From Eledone cirrhosa (Eukaryota): a stretch of 64,000 nucleotides of DNA. The notes below the pieces were generated by a model. That model did no database searches. It was not told the DNA's origin and saw nothing but the letters and a program-made list of their open reading frames with translations. The stretch covers positions 99,820,001 through 99,884,000 of the forward strand of contig OZ024740.1 in the NCBI GenBank assembly GCA_964016885.1. The letters are read 5' to 3'. Every line of letters starts with the position of its first letter. Positions within the stretch are counted from its first letter, which is position 1. Position numbers and translations under genes: made by a program. Positions 27,335 through 40,645 of this stretch are shown here, piece by piece.

Positions 27335-28611
27335 TACATATATATATATATATACACACACACAGATTGAACACATATAGATATGCTTACCTTATATTTA
27401 GAGTTAATGTTATTGTTCATATCTCTAGTTTATTATGTAATATCTAATGAATTGCAATTATATGTTTAATCGTGGCTAATTGTTAAGAAATTGATTTTGT
27501 TTGTTGATTACCTGTTGTTCTGTAATTGAATCTGAGCATTTGTAATAGTGTATCATTTTACAATTAGCCAACTTCATTTCCGCACATGATATAATGTGGC
27601 TACTTAAGTAAATATTTCTGGTCTTTCCATCACGGATTTTTTGACAGTGTATGGTTATTATTTTGTGTAATAGCTATCCAGCTTGTCTTATGTAATTTTC
27701 TAGATAGCGACATGTCTCTCTCCGCGTCTCTATCCCTGTTTCTCTCTTTATCTTCTCACAGCTTCGCACACATTTTCTCACAGCTTCGTACTTATAAACA
27801 CGGACACACACTGTTTTATTTATATATACACACACAAAGTGACGGATAGGGTCTAAAAATATTGGTTGCCAGGAGATGAAGGGTACCCACCTACATATAA
27901 AATACTATCATTTAATTTTTATAATGAATAAATAACATTTTCAAAAAATACGTAAGTGGAAACAAAACAGTGCAATCAAATGTTTGCGGAAAAATATCTT
28001 ACCTTCTCCTATGAAAAATATTATATATTTTGCGAAATCCAGAGACTTTTAATAATGACCAGAAGTCGACCCTATATATTATTAATAGCTCTAGGAAAGC
28101 CATAAACAGGACCAGGTATCTTTTAATCGGCAGGTTCGTTTTGAAAGAGTCATGGTGGACTTCATCTTAGTATGTCTAAAGGACGCAATATGTGAATTGT
28201 AGAATCCTTGTTTTTCACTGCTTTCTGCTTGGTTGTGATAACAGGTCCAATTTCGGATGATGTATTTAATGTTGCAATTCTGTTGCAGAGTACAATCTTC
28301 CTTCATCGTGTTAGGACATTTTGAATCTTCTTTGGATTTATTTCTACCAAGACTTTTTCAGTGGACTCTGTATATGAAGCTCAGTCACCAGTGGTCACCT
28401 TTCAACGGGCAGAAAAGTACTATCGAAAAACATTACCTTGAGCGGAGACCTTAGTGCACATTCAGATGTATAGATTGCCTTGGCTACCTGACTGCATCCT
28501 TAGCACAACTCTAGACATATTGCCTTGCCCTGATTCTCTTTAAGTGTCATTCATTGTCTAAGTATCTGTGACACATAAGAAAACGAAGAGCAAGGAAGGA
28601 AAAATAATGTA

Positions 28612-28633
28612 CGCACACACACACACACACACA

Positions 28634-28723
<90 letters not shown>

Positions 28724-28887
28724 GTTATCTTCTATTTCCTCCTAAACGTCTTACTAATGAGACTTGGCTTTTGCATCATTGTGCTTGTCTTGTCAATTCT
28801 TGAAATACATATGTATGTATGTAGCGTGAACCTAATACCAACACTGTTCGTACTACACTCTTTGTTATTGTTTTTGTTTTTTACTTT

Positions 28888-28934
<47 letters not shown>

Positions 28935-28953
28935 ATATATATATATATTTATA

Positions 28954-29027
<74 letters not shown>

Positions 29028-29125
29028 TATATATATACATATATATATACATATACATATACATATATATATACATATATATATATACATATATATATAC
29101 ATATATATATATATACATATATATA

Positions 29126-29171
<46 letters not shown>

Positions 29172-29240
29172 TATATACATATATACACACGCACGCACAC
29201 ACACCATATATATATATTTATTTATATGATATATATATAT
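28612..29240. repeat. Compound (CA)/(TA)/(TG) microsatellites
   Basis: Directly visible; they are the source of spurious YI/CV ORFs. Confidence 0.95.
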
Positions 29241-29493
29241 TCAAATATATATTTACACATTCGTTTAGTAAACTTTTGTATTTTCAATTCTTTCATTTCA
29301 CATTTCCTTTTTTATCAGACAGAAATTAAAACCAATTCGTTCAGTTTTTGTTTCCTACCTTGTTGATAATATTGCTACTTTTGATTTGTCAGTATTGTTG
29401 TTATTTTTGCTCCTGAGTTTGCTCTTTCTATTGTTTGTATTCTCATTTATTGTTATAATTTAGAACACCATTATCATCATTATCATCATCACT

Positions 29494-29506
29494 ATTGTTA
29501 TTGTTA

Positions 29507-29577
<71 letters not shown>
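29494..29577. repeat. (TTA)n microsatellite
   Basis: Directly visible. Confidence 0.95.
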
Positions 29578-29578
<1 letters not shown>

Positions 29579-29905
29579 TGTTTTGATTCTGTTTTGTTTG
29601 TTGTCTGCTATATTTTGTTTTTAAACTTTATGTTTTTGAAATTGAGACATCAATTTCTTTCTCTTTTTCATACTTAATGTGTTTTTTTTCTTTCTGTCTC
29701 ATGTCTGGTAAAGAGTCATATATATAAGTTGCCTTTATGTGTATATAGTTATATGGCTATGTTAGATTCGGTGTCTCTAGGAGTGCGTTGTGTATGTCTG
29801 TCTGTAGTGTCTCACGACGCATTGTATATACGCATACGTCAGTGTATTAGATTTTGGCGAGGTGTGCTGCGTGAATACGTGAGCGTGAAAGGTTTTGAAA
29901 GTGTG

Positions 29906-30185
<280 letters not shown>

Positions 30186-30867
30186 CATGAAGAGACAGAG
30201 ATGGAGGTCGAAGTGAAAGCATGGCAGATAAACAAAAAAAAGATAGACAAAGAAAAAATGTAAAAGAGAAAAGGAAAGCGTGGACAACGGAGATAAAGAG
30301 CGAGGGAAAGATGGGAGAGCTCGAGGGTGGTGGTAATGGGTGTGCTTATGAGTATGAGAGTGTAAGATTGACAGACAAATAACAATTGTTTTGATATAAA
30401 AACATGACAATGTTGCACAATTTCTAAATATATAATTTTAACAATGACTAAATTGTCATATTTCGAGCACAAGAATATTATAAGAAGTCAAAAACGAAGC
30501 ACCTAACAAAAACCAAAGAAAAGATAAATATAAATAAATGACATATAATACTAAGACTGAAAAAAATAGACGCAACAACGAGATGTGTGAAAGTCATATA
30601 TAATACACACACACACACACATATATATGCAACTTTTTGCATGATTTACACATACATTTTCCATGTGCTTTTACGGAGCACTATGTCATCCACAATACTG
30701 GCGCAGAACAAAATACCTGTTAATAACGTGATATTCCTTGTTCGATCATTATATCAAACGCTTAATGTTTTAAGCAGAAAGTAATATTGATTTAGGTGTC
30801 GCAGAAACCCTGTACTGGATTTTACCATCAATTCCAAGGGTCCAGGTTTGTTATATATATATGTATA

Positions 30868-30949
30868 TGAGAAGGCAGTCAAGAAGCTATAGACCACCTA
30901 AGCCAGAAAACAAGTCAAGCTAAATAGGTCAGACAAAATAAATGACATA

Positions 30950-31025
<76 letters not shown>

Positions 31026-31107
31026 TATGTCATTTATTTTGTCTGACCTATTTAGCTTGACTTGTTTTCTGGCTTAGGTGGTCTATAGCTTCTTGACTGC
31101 CTTCTCA
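30868..31107. repeat. Perfect 240-bp palindrome: 85-bp arms around (AT)35
   Basis: 30868-30952 is the exact reverse complement of 31023-31107 as read by eye. The spacer is itself self-complementary. Confidence 0.95.
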
Positions 31108-32179
31108 GTTTCTATAGCCTTTATATCCTATGTTTATTGGTCTAGTCTTTTAAACTATGGAGCGCTTGCCAGCATGCCTCGGAATTTGCGTTACGTTTCG
31201 CTTTTTCTACCCGCCGAGATGCGATTCTCGCTGAATTTATATTTATATATATATATGTCTGTGTGTGTGTGTGTATTATATATGACTTTCACACTTCTCG
31301 TTGTTGCGTTGTTGCATATATATATAGGTAGACGCGCTCCATCATCCACTTTTCTAAAAAAAATATATCATACACAAAACGCCAGCATCAACAGTTTTCC
31401 AGATGTTACCATAAATGGACCTTTTATTTTTCTCTAAAAACATTTTTTCCAAATCACACGCGCCCGTTCCTTCAATCTTTCTAATTTCTCATTCTTTCTT
31501 CTGATGACGGTCTATATATTTTTTTACGCACACACATAAATACACACACATGTACATACACTCACACACACATTCAAACACGTATACATATATATATAGA
31601 TATGCTTGGTCACCAAAAGCAGCTCAAACACATCTCTTGAAGACGAGATTGTCCATCGACAGTACAAATGCTCCAGTGTATTTAGTAAACTCCGTTATCT
31701 TTTCTGGAATGAAATATACAAGTCCAAAATAAAAGTCTATAAGCCATTGTTCTCACCACAGTTTTTTTATGGATTTGAGTCCTGAGTTCTGCATCGCGCA
31801 CGCATATATCAGTTAGATGTGCTCCACAAGGGTTGCCTTCGTACAATTTATGATCCTACAGTCGAAACCAAGATATCAAATGCTGATCTTTTCATGGGGT
31901 CCAAAATTGAAGTCATTGAGTCTTTCCTTATATAATCCAATAACGATGAGCTAGTCATGTAATTAGAATGAGAGACAAGTGGATACACGTGGTACTCAGT
32001 CAGCTTCACCGTGGTAAAAGAAATGGGGAAGGCCATGACTTAGGTATTAGAAGAAGCTGGTGAGTAATTCTGAAGCTGTTAGCATACATTTCAAGGTCTT
32101 TGAGTATGCGGCCCTGGACCAAACATACAGAGTTACAGTTCTATGCAATAGATGAGGGAAGCAACAGAGGACTACATCA

Positions 32180-32420
32180 CTTGCATACGGCCCTTAACAT
32201 AGAGTTAAGGCCCTTTACATTATGAGTTCAAATCCCGCCAAGGTTCGCTTTGCCTTACGGGGTTGATAAAATAAAGCTCCAGTAATTCACTGGTGTCGAT
32301 TTACTCGACTTTCCCTTTTCTCCAAAATTGTTGGCCTTGTTCCTACATCAGAAATCATTATTACTCAGTAATGCACTGGGTAATTGCTGGGCATGTGCCT
32401 AAAGTAGAAACAATTATTAC
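32180..32420 (+). mobile_element. Composite or partial family A SINE with two 3' tails
   Basis: GAGTTCAAATCCCGCC..GATAAAATAAAG.., followed by two GGCC(T/A)TGT.CCTA..AGAAA tails. Confidence 0.65.
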
Positions 32421-32509
32421 TTGTTACCTTGTCCAAAATACTTACACCCAATGTGGCCGTGTTTGATAAGACACAAGTGTCACGTCCGGGATGGAAATCC
32501 ACCGTCAGA

Positions 32510-32760
32510 GTAAAACCCTTGGACAATGGTTAATCTAAAACAAATTTGGAATTAGTCTAAGACCATTGAACATCGGTCAGTGTGAAACAGTTTGGATATC
32601 ACGCTTAATACGACCCCTGGTTGATGGTCAATATAAAACAGTTAGGAATTATTCTTAATAAGAGCCTTAAACCATGGTCAGTATAAAACAAGTTAGATAT
32701 AACTCTGAATAAGACCACTGGATAATGGTCAGTTTAAAACAGTTTAGCTTTTACTCTGAA
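32510..32760 (+). repeat. Degenerate tandem repeat, period about 50 bp, 5 units
   Basis: GGT(C/T)A.T.T.AAACA.TT.G recurs near 32528, 32576, 32626, 32676 and 32727. Confidence 0.7.
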
Positions 32761-32979
32761 TCAGTCCACACGCACCATCCATACACCTATATACATATAT
32801 GCACATTCCAAAAACAAAAACACAAACATACTAGCACATATAGAGAGGCATACTTATACGCAAAATATATATACATGTACAATCTATCTATATCTATCTA
32901 TCTCTATTTCTTTCCCGCTATCTCTCACTCTCTCCCTCCCAGTTCTCTCTATCTCTGTATATATATATATATATATATA

Positions 32980-33091
<112 letters not shown>

Positions 33092-34082
33092 CACATGTGT
33101 GTGTGTGTATGTACATACACATATATATATATATACATACAAACACACCTATACATATACATCAATGTGCATACTGAGACCATTATATACCAATCTCAGT
33201 ACGCATATATAGTTACACTTGTATATTATTTTATGCATTCAATTATTCCCAATCTATGATCATATAACCTTAAGTCAGCTATTAGTTCGTATAAGTTAGA
33301 TGAAATAGGTGTCATTTGCATCAATTCAGATGTAGAAAAATGGTTCCTTTAGTAACCTGTCTAGGGATTGGTTATTATCAGCATACTGCTATTATGTAGT
33401 AAGTTTGTAGAAGCGAAATGTTTTGTTGACCTTATAGGTTCAACTTATTCATGATTTTTTGTTCAATAAAGAGTCCTTTCAGATCATAATTTTATGGTTT
33501 CATGCGAGCATAGAGAACATTCCCTGTACTAACATTGATAGGAGCACTTATTATATGCAAATTAGCATATATATTTCAGAATAATATTAAGAGTGAATGG
33601 GTATATATACCCATCAAATATTGTGTTTGTGATTGATTGGATGATACACACGCATTCTGATGAGCATCCAATAAGATACGATAATCGATTAAAAATGTTT
33701 ACCGTTTTCTTAATTTACAGGGAAATCCTTATTTTCTGGCATGTTTACATGCTCTCAAATTAGATTTCTGTATATATTTATAAACGTTGGTGTAGTTACA
33801 CACTCTGTATTTATAGTGATATAACTTTACCATATATCACGCACGCACACATACACACACCAACACAGGCACGCATATTCACATGCCCAGCCCCTATACA
33901 TTGATTATCTCCCCTCCTAAATCTATCTAATAAGGAAGGTATCCCTGACCAGGCTTTCGCCAAGATATCCAACAGAATACGCAAATGTGTTTTTTTTTTC
34001 TCCACCTGTTTTACCTCATTCTTCACCGCTTGTTCCTCTTATCATTCTTTACTTTCTATTTATCTTCTATTTCTAACTCTAC

Positions 34083-34117
34083 CTTCTGATGGAGGACTAG
34101 TGTCCGAAACATTAGAG
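34083..34117 (+). ncRNA. Decayed minimal hammerhead-like motif
   Basis: CTT-CTGATGG-A-GGAC tagt GTCC-GAAA-CAT-TA-GAG; one core substitution. Confidence 0.5.
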
Positions 34118-34217
34118 CTATTTTCCTGCTATTTCAATCGTCAAACTAATATATTTATTCCATATAGTGTGCCCTTTCTTTTCTTATTCCTGTTTACCTT
34201 TTACACACACACACACA

Positions 34218-34303
<86 letters not shown>

Positions 34304-34706
34304 TTACATAACCTATATACATACATATACGTGTTTCCGCACGCACACACATACAGTTAGTCAGAAGTAATATGAATTACTTATATAATTTTAGATTTGT
34401 ATAACTATATTTCTATGTATATTAGAATCAATCTCTGAAAAGGATGGAAAAGAGTTCATTACAATTCATTTAAAAATTGTATATATCCTTGATATTGGTA
34501 AGTCTCAGAATGTCTACTGTCATTAGGCTTACAAACAATGATGTAATTCTAAAGTTCTAGAAATACAATGTCTGGCTGATTTTCATTTATACTTTCAGTC
34601 ACATTAATTATTTATCTCTGCCCACAACTCATCTATAGAACACGCTTTAGTTGAAATAAAAGTGGTAACATTTAATTTGTTTTTAAATTAACAATTATAA
34701 TACATG

Positions 34707-36832
34707 TGTATTGGAACTAGTTCGCACCTCGCAATAGCAACATTTTCATACGCAAAATGTCAAACTGACCAATGGGAAGATGCGTATGAATACATGGTCA
34801 ATCTCACTCTCGCTCTCTGGTAGAAAAAACCTCAGACAGCACACGAGAGACCTGACAGACCGAGCTGACCAGGAGATGATACAGACGCGCGAAGATTTAT
34901 TGTAAAATGACTCCTACATTCCTTTTCGACAAATAAAATTATATGTATATATTTATAGAGGATTGAGCATTAAAGAGCTATTTATTTATATCCTGGAAGT
35001 CAGAAGCATTTATTACCGATGAGAAGCTACCAACACTTCGATTAAGGTATTTCAATTAATTCGCTTATAAATAAGATCCTTCGAAGACTGATAACATGCA
35101 ATTGTAAAGGATATAGATAGAATTTAACCCCTTATGCTATCTATAAAATGGTGACCCGACTGTAAAGAATACATCCTTCACACACAAAAAAAAAAAAAAA
35201 TGTCGAGCTATCAATAACACTATATTTCCTTCGCACATGGCATTTGTGTCCAATATGGCGAATCACCTCCTCCCTCTTCATCACTAATTCCCGCGCTTTT
35301 ACTTTGGGCGACATAAGCGCACTCTCTACTGTTGCAAGGATACTACGGAACTTAAAAAATTATTTTTACATGTTTTGTTCACAACTATTTTGTTAAAGTT
35401 TACTACACCTTGGCGACTATACATCTACACAGCTCTTACGGAGGATGAGAGAACTGGCGGAAGACGCACCGGCCGACAGCGCCATGATCAAGCAGCTTTT
35501 CTTATCTAGGCTGCCGCATAATGTCCAGGCCATTTTAGCAGCGATGACCGAAACCAGTTTGGTGGATCAGTTGGCGTCATCCGCTGATAAAATATTGGAG
35601 TACTCAGGCCATTCGACCACTACTACCCCCTATCACGACTTCCATCAAATGCTTCACCTTTTCCTGTCGCATCAGTTTCAACCAGCGCCACTTCGATCAA
35701 CGAAGCAACACTAAAGACCATCCGTGACCTTACGAAGGGGGTACAAATTCTTCGTTTATCCAGATCGAGATCTCCCCGACAACGGTCGCGGGATCGCTCG
35801 AATTCTTCACGTCGTCGTTTCCAACCATCACCATCGCGAGCATGCTTTTACCATAACCGTTTCAGAGCCTCTGCTCATAAATGTATCCAACCTTGTTCCC
35901 TTTCACTCCGAGGAAACGAAGTAACCGAGAATTAAGCACGACGTCTTCTCCGCAATTCAGTACTGAAAGTCGTGCATTTTTCATTACGGATTCCTTCTCG
36001 CACGCACGCTGCCTCATCGACACGGGTGCGTGTTGCAGCATTTGGCCGTTAAAACTCTTGACAGAGAAACCTCCTCTTTCACACATATCACTACAAGCTA
36101 TAAACCATTCAGCTATCCCTACGTATGGAAAAATCCCTCGCTCTTTGGACCTGGATTTACGTAGAAATTTCTCATGGATTTTCACCATAGCTAATTTGCC
36201 ATATCCTATTATGGGTGCTGATTGTTTGCATCATTTCAATCTCATGGTTGATATGCGGACACGTCGTTTATTGGACGCAACTACGAATCTTTCTGCGCTT
36301 GGACGTACTTCAGTAATCCAGTCTATCAGTCCAGTCTTCTACATCGCTGTTTCGGATGACCCGCTTTTGCATTCCTTTCGGAATGAACGAACCTGAACAT
36401 TGTTGCAGATACCCCTACTCAATCTACCAAACATTCTATTGAGACTAAGGGTGCTCCAGTTTTTTCACGCCCACATCGCCTTGCTCCGGAAAAATTGAAA
36501 GCGGCTAAGGCAGAGTTTAACCATATGCTGCAGTTGGGTATCATTGGCCCTTCTTCCAGTCAGTGGGCCTCACATGGTGCTGAAACGTTCGGGAGACTGG
36601 CGTCCCACTGGCGATTTTCGGCGATTAAATTCGATCACCATGCCGGACCGTTACCCAATTCCTCACATCCAGGATTTCACTTCTTCGCTTCATGGATGTA
36701 ATATATTTTCAAAATTGGACCTGATCAAAGCATACCATCAAATTCCTGTGAATCCTGAGGACATTCCTCAAACTGCTGTTACTACACCTTTCGGTGCATT
36801 CGAGTTTTTAACAATGCCTTTTGGACTACGTG
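34707..36832 (+). mobile_element. Truncated, decayed Gypsy LTR retrotransposon (probable 5' LTR, PBS, gag, protease, RT N-terminus)
   Basis: PBS TGGTGACCCGAC at 35149. gag-like MIKQLFLSRLPHNVQAIL; protease CLIDTGA; [39 protein letters not shown], then broken. The LTR start is uncertain. Confidence 0.85.
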
Positions 36833-36964
36833 TTCATAATAGAGAGTCCATTGCTAGAACGGAAGTCTAGTAAAGCCTCTCCATTCGTATTTAGATCGAG
36901 ATCGCCATTCCTTCAAATCATTCTTTTCCATGTCTGGTCATCAGTGCTTACGACCTGACTACTT

Positions 36965-37370
36965 CACATGGAATGTCGATCTAAATACGAATGGAGAAGC
37001 TTTACTAGATTTCCGTTCTAGCAATGGACTCTCTATTATGAACACCTTTTTCAAATGCCTAGATCTATGGTATAAGGAGAATCTGGGACAGAGATCAATA
37101 ATTACTTGTTATTGTCTCTAATCTCTTTGGTTCTGTGCTGGATATTCATATTAAGATAGGGTCTGAGCTGTCAACTGATCACCACTTAGTTATCTGCAAC
37201 ATAAAGACATAGAAGCCTACAAAACTGGGAGGTCCAAGGTGGCCTACAGGATAAAGTGAGAAGCATTGATGGATAAATAAGTCAGGACCAGGTATACAGA
37301 TACTTTTGCATCCAGATTCAGAGAACACCCTGGACAAACTGAGAACGTTGGGACATAAGGGAGATGTTCA
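36965..37370 (+). mobile_element. LINE apurinic-endonuclease fragment (RTE-like)
   Basis: [22 protein letters not shown] and LSTDHHLVIC motifs. Confidence 0.65.
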
Positions 37371-37480
37371 GTTGTAAACTCTATTTTTTTTAAGTTTCAA
37401 ACTGGACCGTCATTTATAAGACCCTGTATATGTATGCACACACACACATACAATATATGTTTATACACACATACATACAC

Positions 37481-37544
<64 letters not shown>

Positions 37545-37550
<6 letters not shown>

Positions 37551-38265
37551 CAATGCACCTACGTACGTTTCGCCCAGAACGGGCTTCTTAAGGGCATAGA
37601 AAACAAAAAATGATCAGTACGCGACCCCAAAAGCTAAGGGAATCCACGTCACTTGCCAAATACGTCACTACATTAAAAGACGCTAACATCAGCTTCTCCA
37701 CACACTGGGATATTGCCGGTAGGGCTGCACACTACAATTTCAAGAGGATGTGCGAGCTTTGCCTCATGGAGCTTTACTACATCATAAGAAGACCCCACGA
37801 GCTCATAAACAGCAGAGCCGAATCAGTCAGAAACTGTAAGTACCGGCCAGAGTTGCCCCGGCTAGAGTTGCTCCCCCTGCTCTGCGAAAATAACAACACA
37901 TGTACTCAAGCGAAGAATGAACTCTGATGTGAATTTAACCTTAACATTCCTCCTGGGTCGCGTACTGATCATTTTTTTGTTTTCTATGCCCTTGAGAAGC
38001 CCGTTCTGGGCGAAGCGCACGTAGGTGCATTGTTATATAAACATGTTTTAATGGTGTTTACTCCTTTGTATTCATTTCTTTTGTAACCGCTCTGCTTATT
38101 TTCTCGCCCACTAAATATTAACGCTTCTAATATTTAAACCTCTAGGCACAAGTATTGAACACATTTGCACAAACTATTGACAACTAAATGTATGTATCGC
38201 TTATCTTTCCTTTTTTCTCTCTCTCAATACTTAAACATTCTCTCTCTCCCCCCTCTCTCTCTCTA
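37545..38265 (+). mobile_element. Short Penelope-like insertion with 83-bp inverted arms
   Basis: 37545-37627 is inverted relative to 37955-38038. The spacer encodes TSLAKYV..WDI..CELCLMELYYI..LINSRAE..CKY (GIY-YIG tail). (TA)n flanks. Confidence 0.88.
37986..38030 (+). ncRNA. Minimal type I hammerhead (U3-A8 core); second copy on the minus strand at 37553-37597
   Basis: Two-arm consensus ATGCCC-TTGAGAA-GCCC gttct GGGC-GAAA-CGTACG-TA-GGTGCAT. Each copy has a different core mutation. Confidence 0.8.
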
Positions 38266-38281
38266 TATATATATATATATA

Positions 38282-38345
<64 letters not shown>

Positions 38346-38347
<2 letters not shown>

Positions 38348-38908
38348 AAATGAAGAGGCGGATTTTCAGGTCTCTACGAAGGTCCGACTTCCACACCGAT
38401 CTCAAGCTGTGGCACGCCGCCCAGGCCTTGCTCTACCTCTCAACCACATCATCTTCCGTATTCCCAATCTTTCCTCCCAAATACAGGAAGCCCTCAACCA
38501 ATTCTAGCGGCTTCCCGCTTACATTAGTGATCCACTCTGGCTTCTCAACATTCTCTACCAGATATTTTGTTTTAGTCTCATTCATTCTCAGCCTCACCCT
38601 CATCGACACAGTCTCAACGTCCCGCATCAAATCCTCTGCCTCCTTCACTGTATTTGTCATCAGAGGAGACTGAGGTTAGCTGGACATGCTCACCGATATC
38701 CAGAGTTGACATTGCACTCAGTGCTCCTTTGAGAGCCCCTACATGGACACACGAGAAGAGGAAGACCAAGGTTAACGTATGTTGATGCCCTAAGGACAGA
38801 CACTGGTCTATTGGAGACGCAGGACATGGCAGCGATAATGAGGGACAGAGACCGCTGGAGAGAACTCGTCCATGGATCTCGGGAATTTTACCCGCCTTAG
38901 AATAGAAT
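38346..38908 (+). mobile_element. RTE-like LINE 3' fragment with 5' inversion
   Basis: Minus 38346-38665: LRMNETKTK..LELVEGFLYLG..KIRLF. Plus from about 38663: RRLRLAGH..RRGRPRLTYVD..RDRWR. TAGAA tail. Confidence 0.8.
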
Positions 38909-39085
38909 ATAGGAAAATGTTTAAACCCGATGGCAGAGCTCAAGCTAGAAAGACTCGAGTCCAGAAATAGCTGTCGAAACGGCTTGAGCTCTGCCATCGG
39001 GGTTAAACATTTTCCTATTACCCAAAGTATTGAGTAATCTGGTGCGTTATGGTCCATCTGGTACCTTACCACACTTCCTTCGTCA
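38909..39085 (+). mobile_element. Miniature PLE 3' end with 37-bp inverted arms, same family as 22850-25820
   Basis: 38909-38945 is inverted relative to 38982-39018. 38958-39085 aligns with 25681-25820. Confidence 0.85.
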
Positions 39086-39091
39086 TATATA

Positions 39092-39125
39092 CTAGCAGAA
39101 AAACCACCCTGCGGGTGGTTTTCTG
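39092..39125 (-). mobile_element. Helitron-like 3' terminus
   Basis: Hairpin AAAACCACCC-GCA-GGGTGGTTTT followed by CTGCTAG|T on the minus strand. The 5' end was not located. Confidence 0.55.
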
Positions 39126-39504
39126 TTACCATGGGTAGTGTGTATATTGATATTATACGCAAATATATATGCATGTAAATATGATACATCAAATAAAATC
39201 GTAATTGACAATATACACAGAAATTGAACAAAGCCTATGTTACACTGTCTTCTGTAATCAGTATTGCATGATAATAAAAAAAAGACGACATTATACATAA
39301 ACTGCATTAGGAGAAAATTAGCGACGGAAATATATGCGATTATAAGTGTTATAATATATCGGCCGCTAACCGGAAGTGTTGACGTTTGATAATTTTAAAG
39401 AAGTGAATTTTGAAGATTAAGCTATGAAATATATTTAATCAACAGCCACGAAATTTAGCACATAAATTATGTAATATTCATTCATTATTTATTCAAAGTA
39501 GTAA

Positions 39505-39652
39505 GGGCGGTGAATTGGCAGTATCGGTAGAGGGTCGGACGCCATGCTTTCCAGCATAGTTACGTCCCTTTCATCCTTATGGGGTCGATAAAATAAAGTA
39601 CCAGTAATGCACTGGGTATTTGCTGGCCTTGTGCCTAAAGTAGAAACAATTA
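39505..39652 (+). mobile_element. Family A SINE with internal deletion (B box lost)
   Basis: Jumps from TACGTCCCTT to TCATCCTTA at a CCTTT microhomology. Confidence 0.8.
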
Positions 39653-39744
39653 TTTATTCAAAGTAGTAATCCAACTTATTTTACAAATGGGGTAGAAAAA
39701 TATATTCTGGACGCAATCTCGCAGATCGTCCTTTATTATAGTTA

Positions 39745-39802
<58 letters not shown>

Positions 39803-39891
39803 CTGTGAGTGTGTTTTATGAAACATTATGTACGTATATACATAAACACACATACACACAGACAGACAGACAGACAGACAGACACACACAC

Positions 39892-39927
<36 letters not shown>

Positions 39928-40357
39928 CTATATATATATGAAGCCTGTCTCGACCCCGAAGACTCATCATTCTGGTCCTTAACCTAGTTTCCATGATGTT
40001 ATGCAACTGAAAGTACACGACTCACAACCAATACATCTCATGTTTAAACTTCCAGTTAGTTCTAGTGCTCATTTTCTATTGAGTCTACTGAAGCAACGTA
40101 AAATTATGTTTTGCTCAAGAACGCAACACGCAATACAGTCCAGGATTTGAACCCATGACATTAAGATCGTAAGTCCCAAACTCTTCCAGATCTTGTGTTT
40201 CCACAAACACGTGCACATATATATAGAGAGATTATAATGAATCGGTGCCCGACAGCTGGTAAAGAGCTTAACTGTTGGGGCTCGATACTTAATAATATAG
40301 CCATATATCAAGTACTCTGTTGAGCAATGGACTAACTGATCTGAAGCTGGTTCCATC

Positions 40358-40394
<37 letters not shown>

Positions 40395-40645
40395 TTATTA
40401 AAATAATAGATTAAAGTTTAAGCAAAGAATCGCTGCTTTCACCCTTAACGGGATCTTCTGAAACTAAAAAAATCAATTTGTGAAGGCAGAAGTACATATT
40501 TCGAAAAACGTTGCAACCGAAGGAAAACAGGAAGACGATACTTTGGTTCGTAAAGACGTTCCCTGGCAATGAACGGAAAAAAGCGAAGATAATTCGTCAT
40601 TATGTGGATCGATGAGAACAATTACACGCAAAGACAAAACCATGT

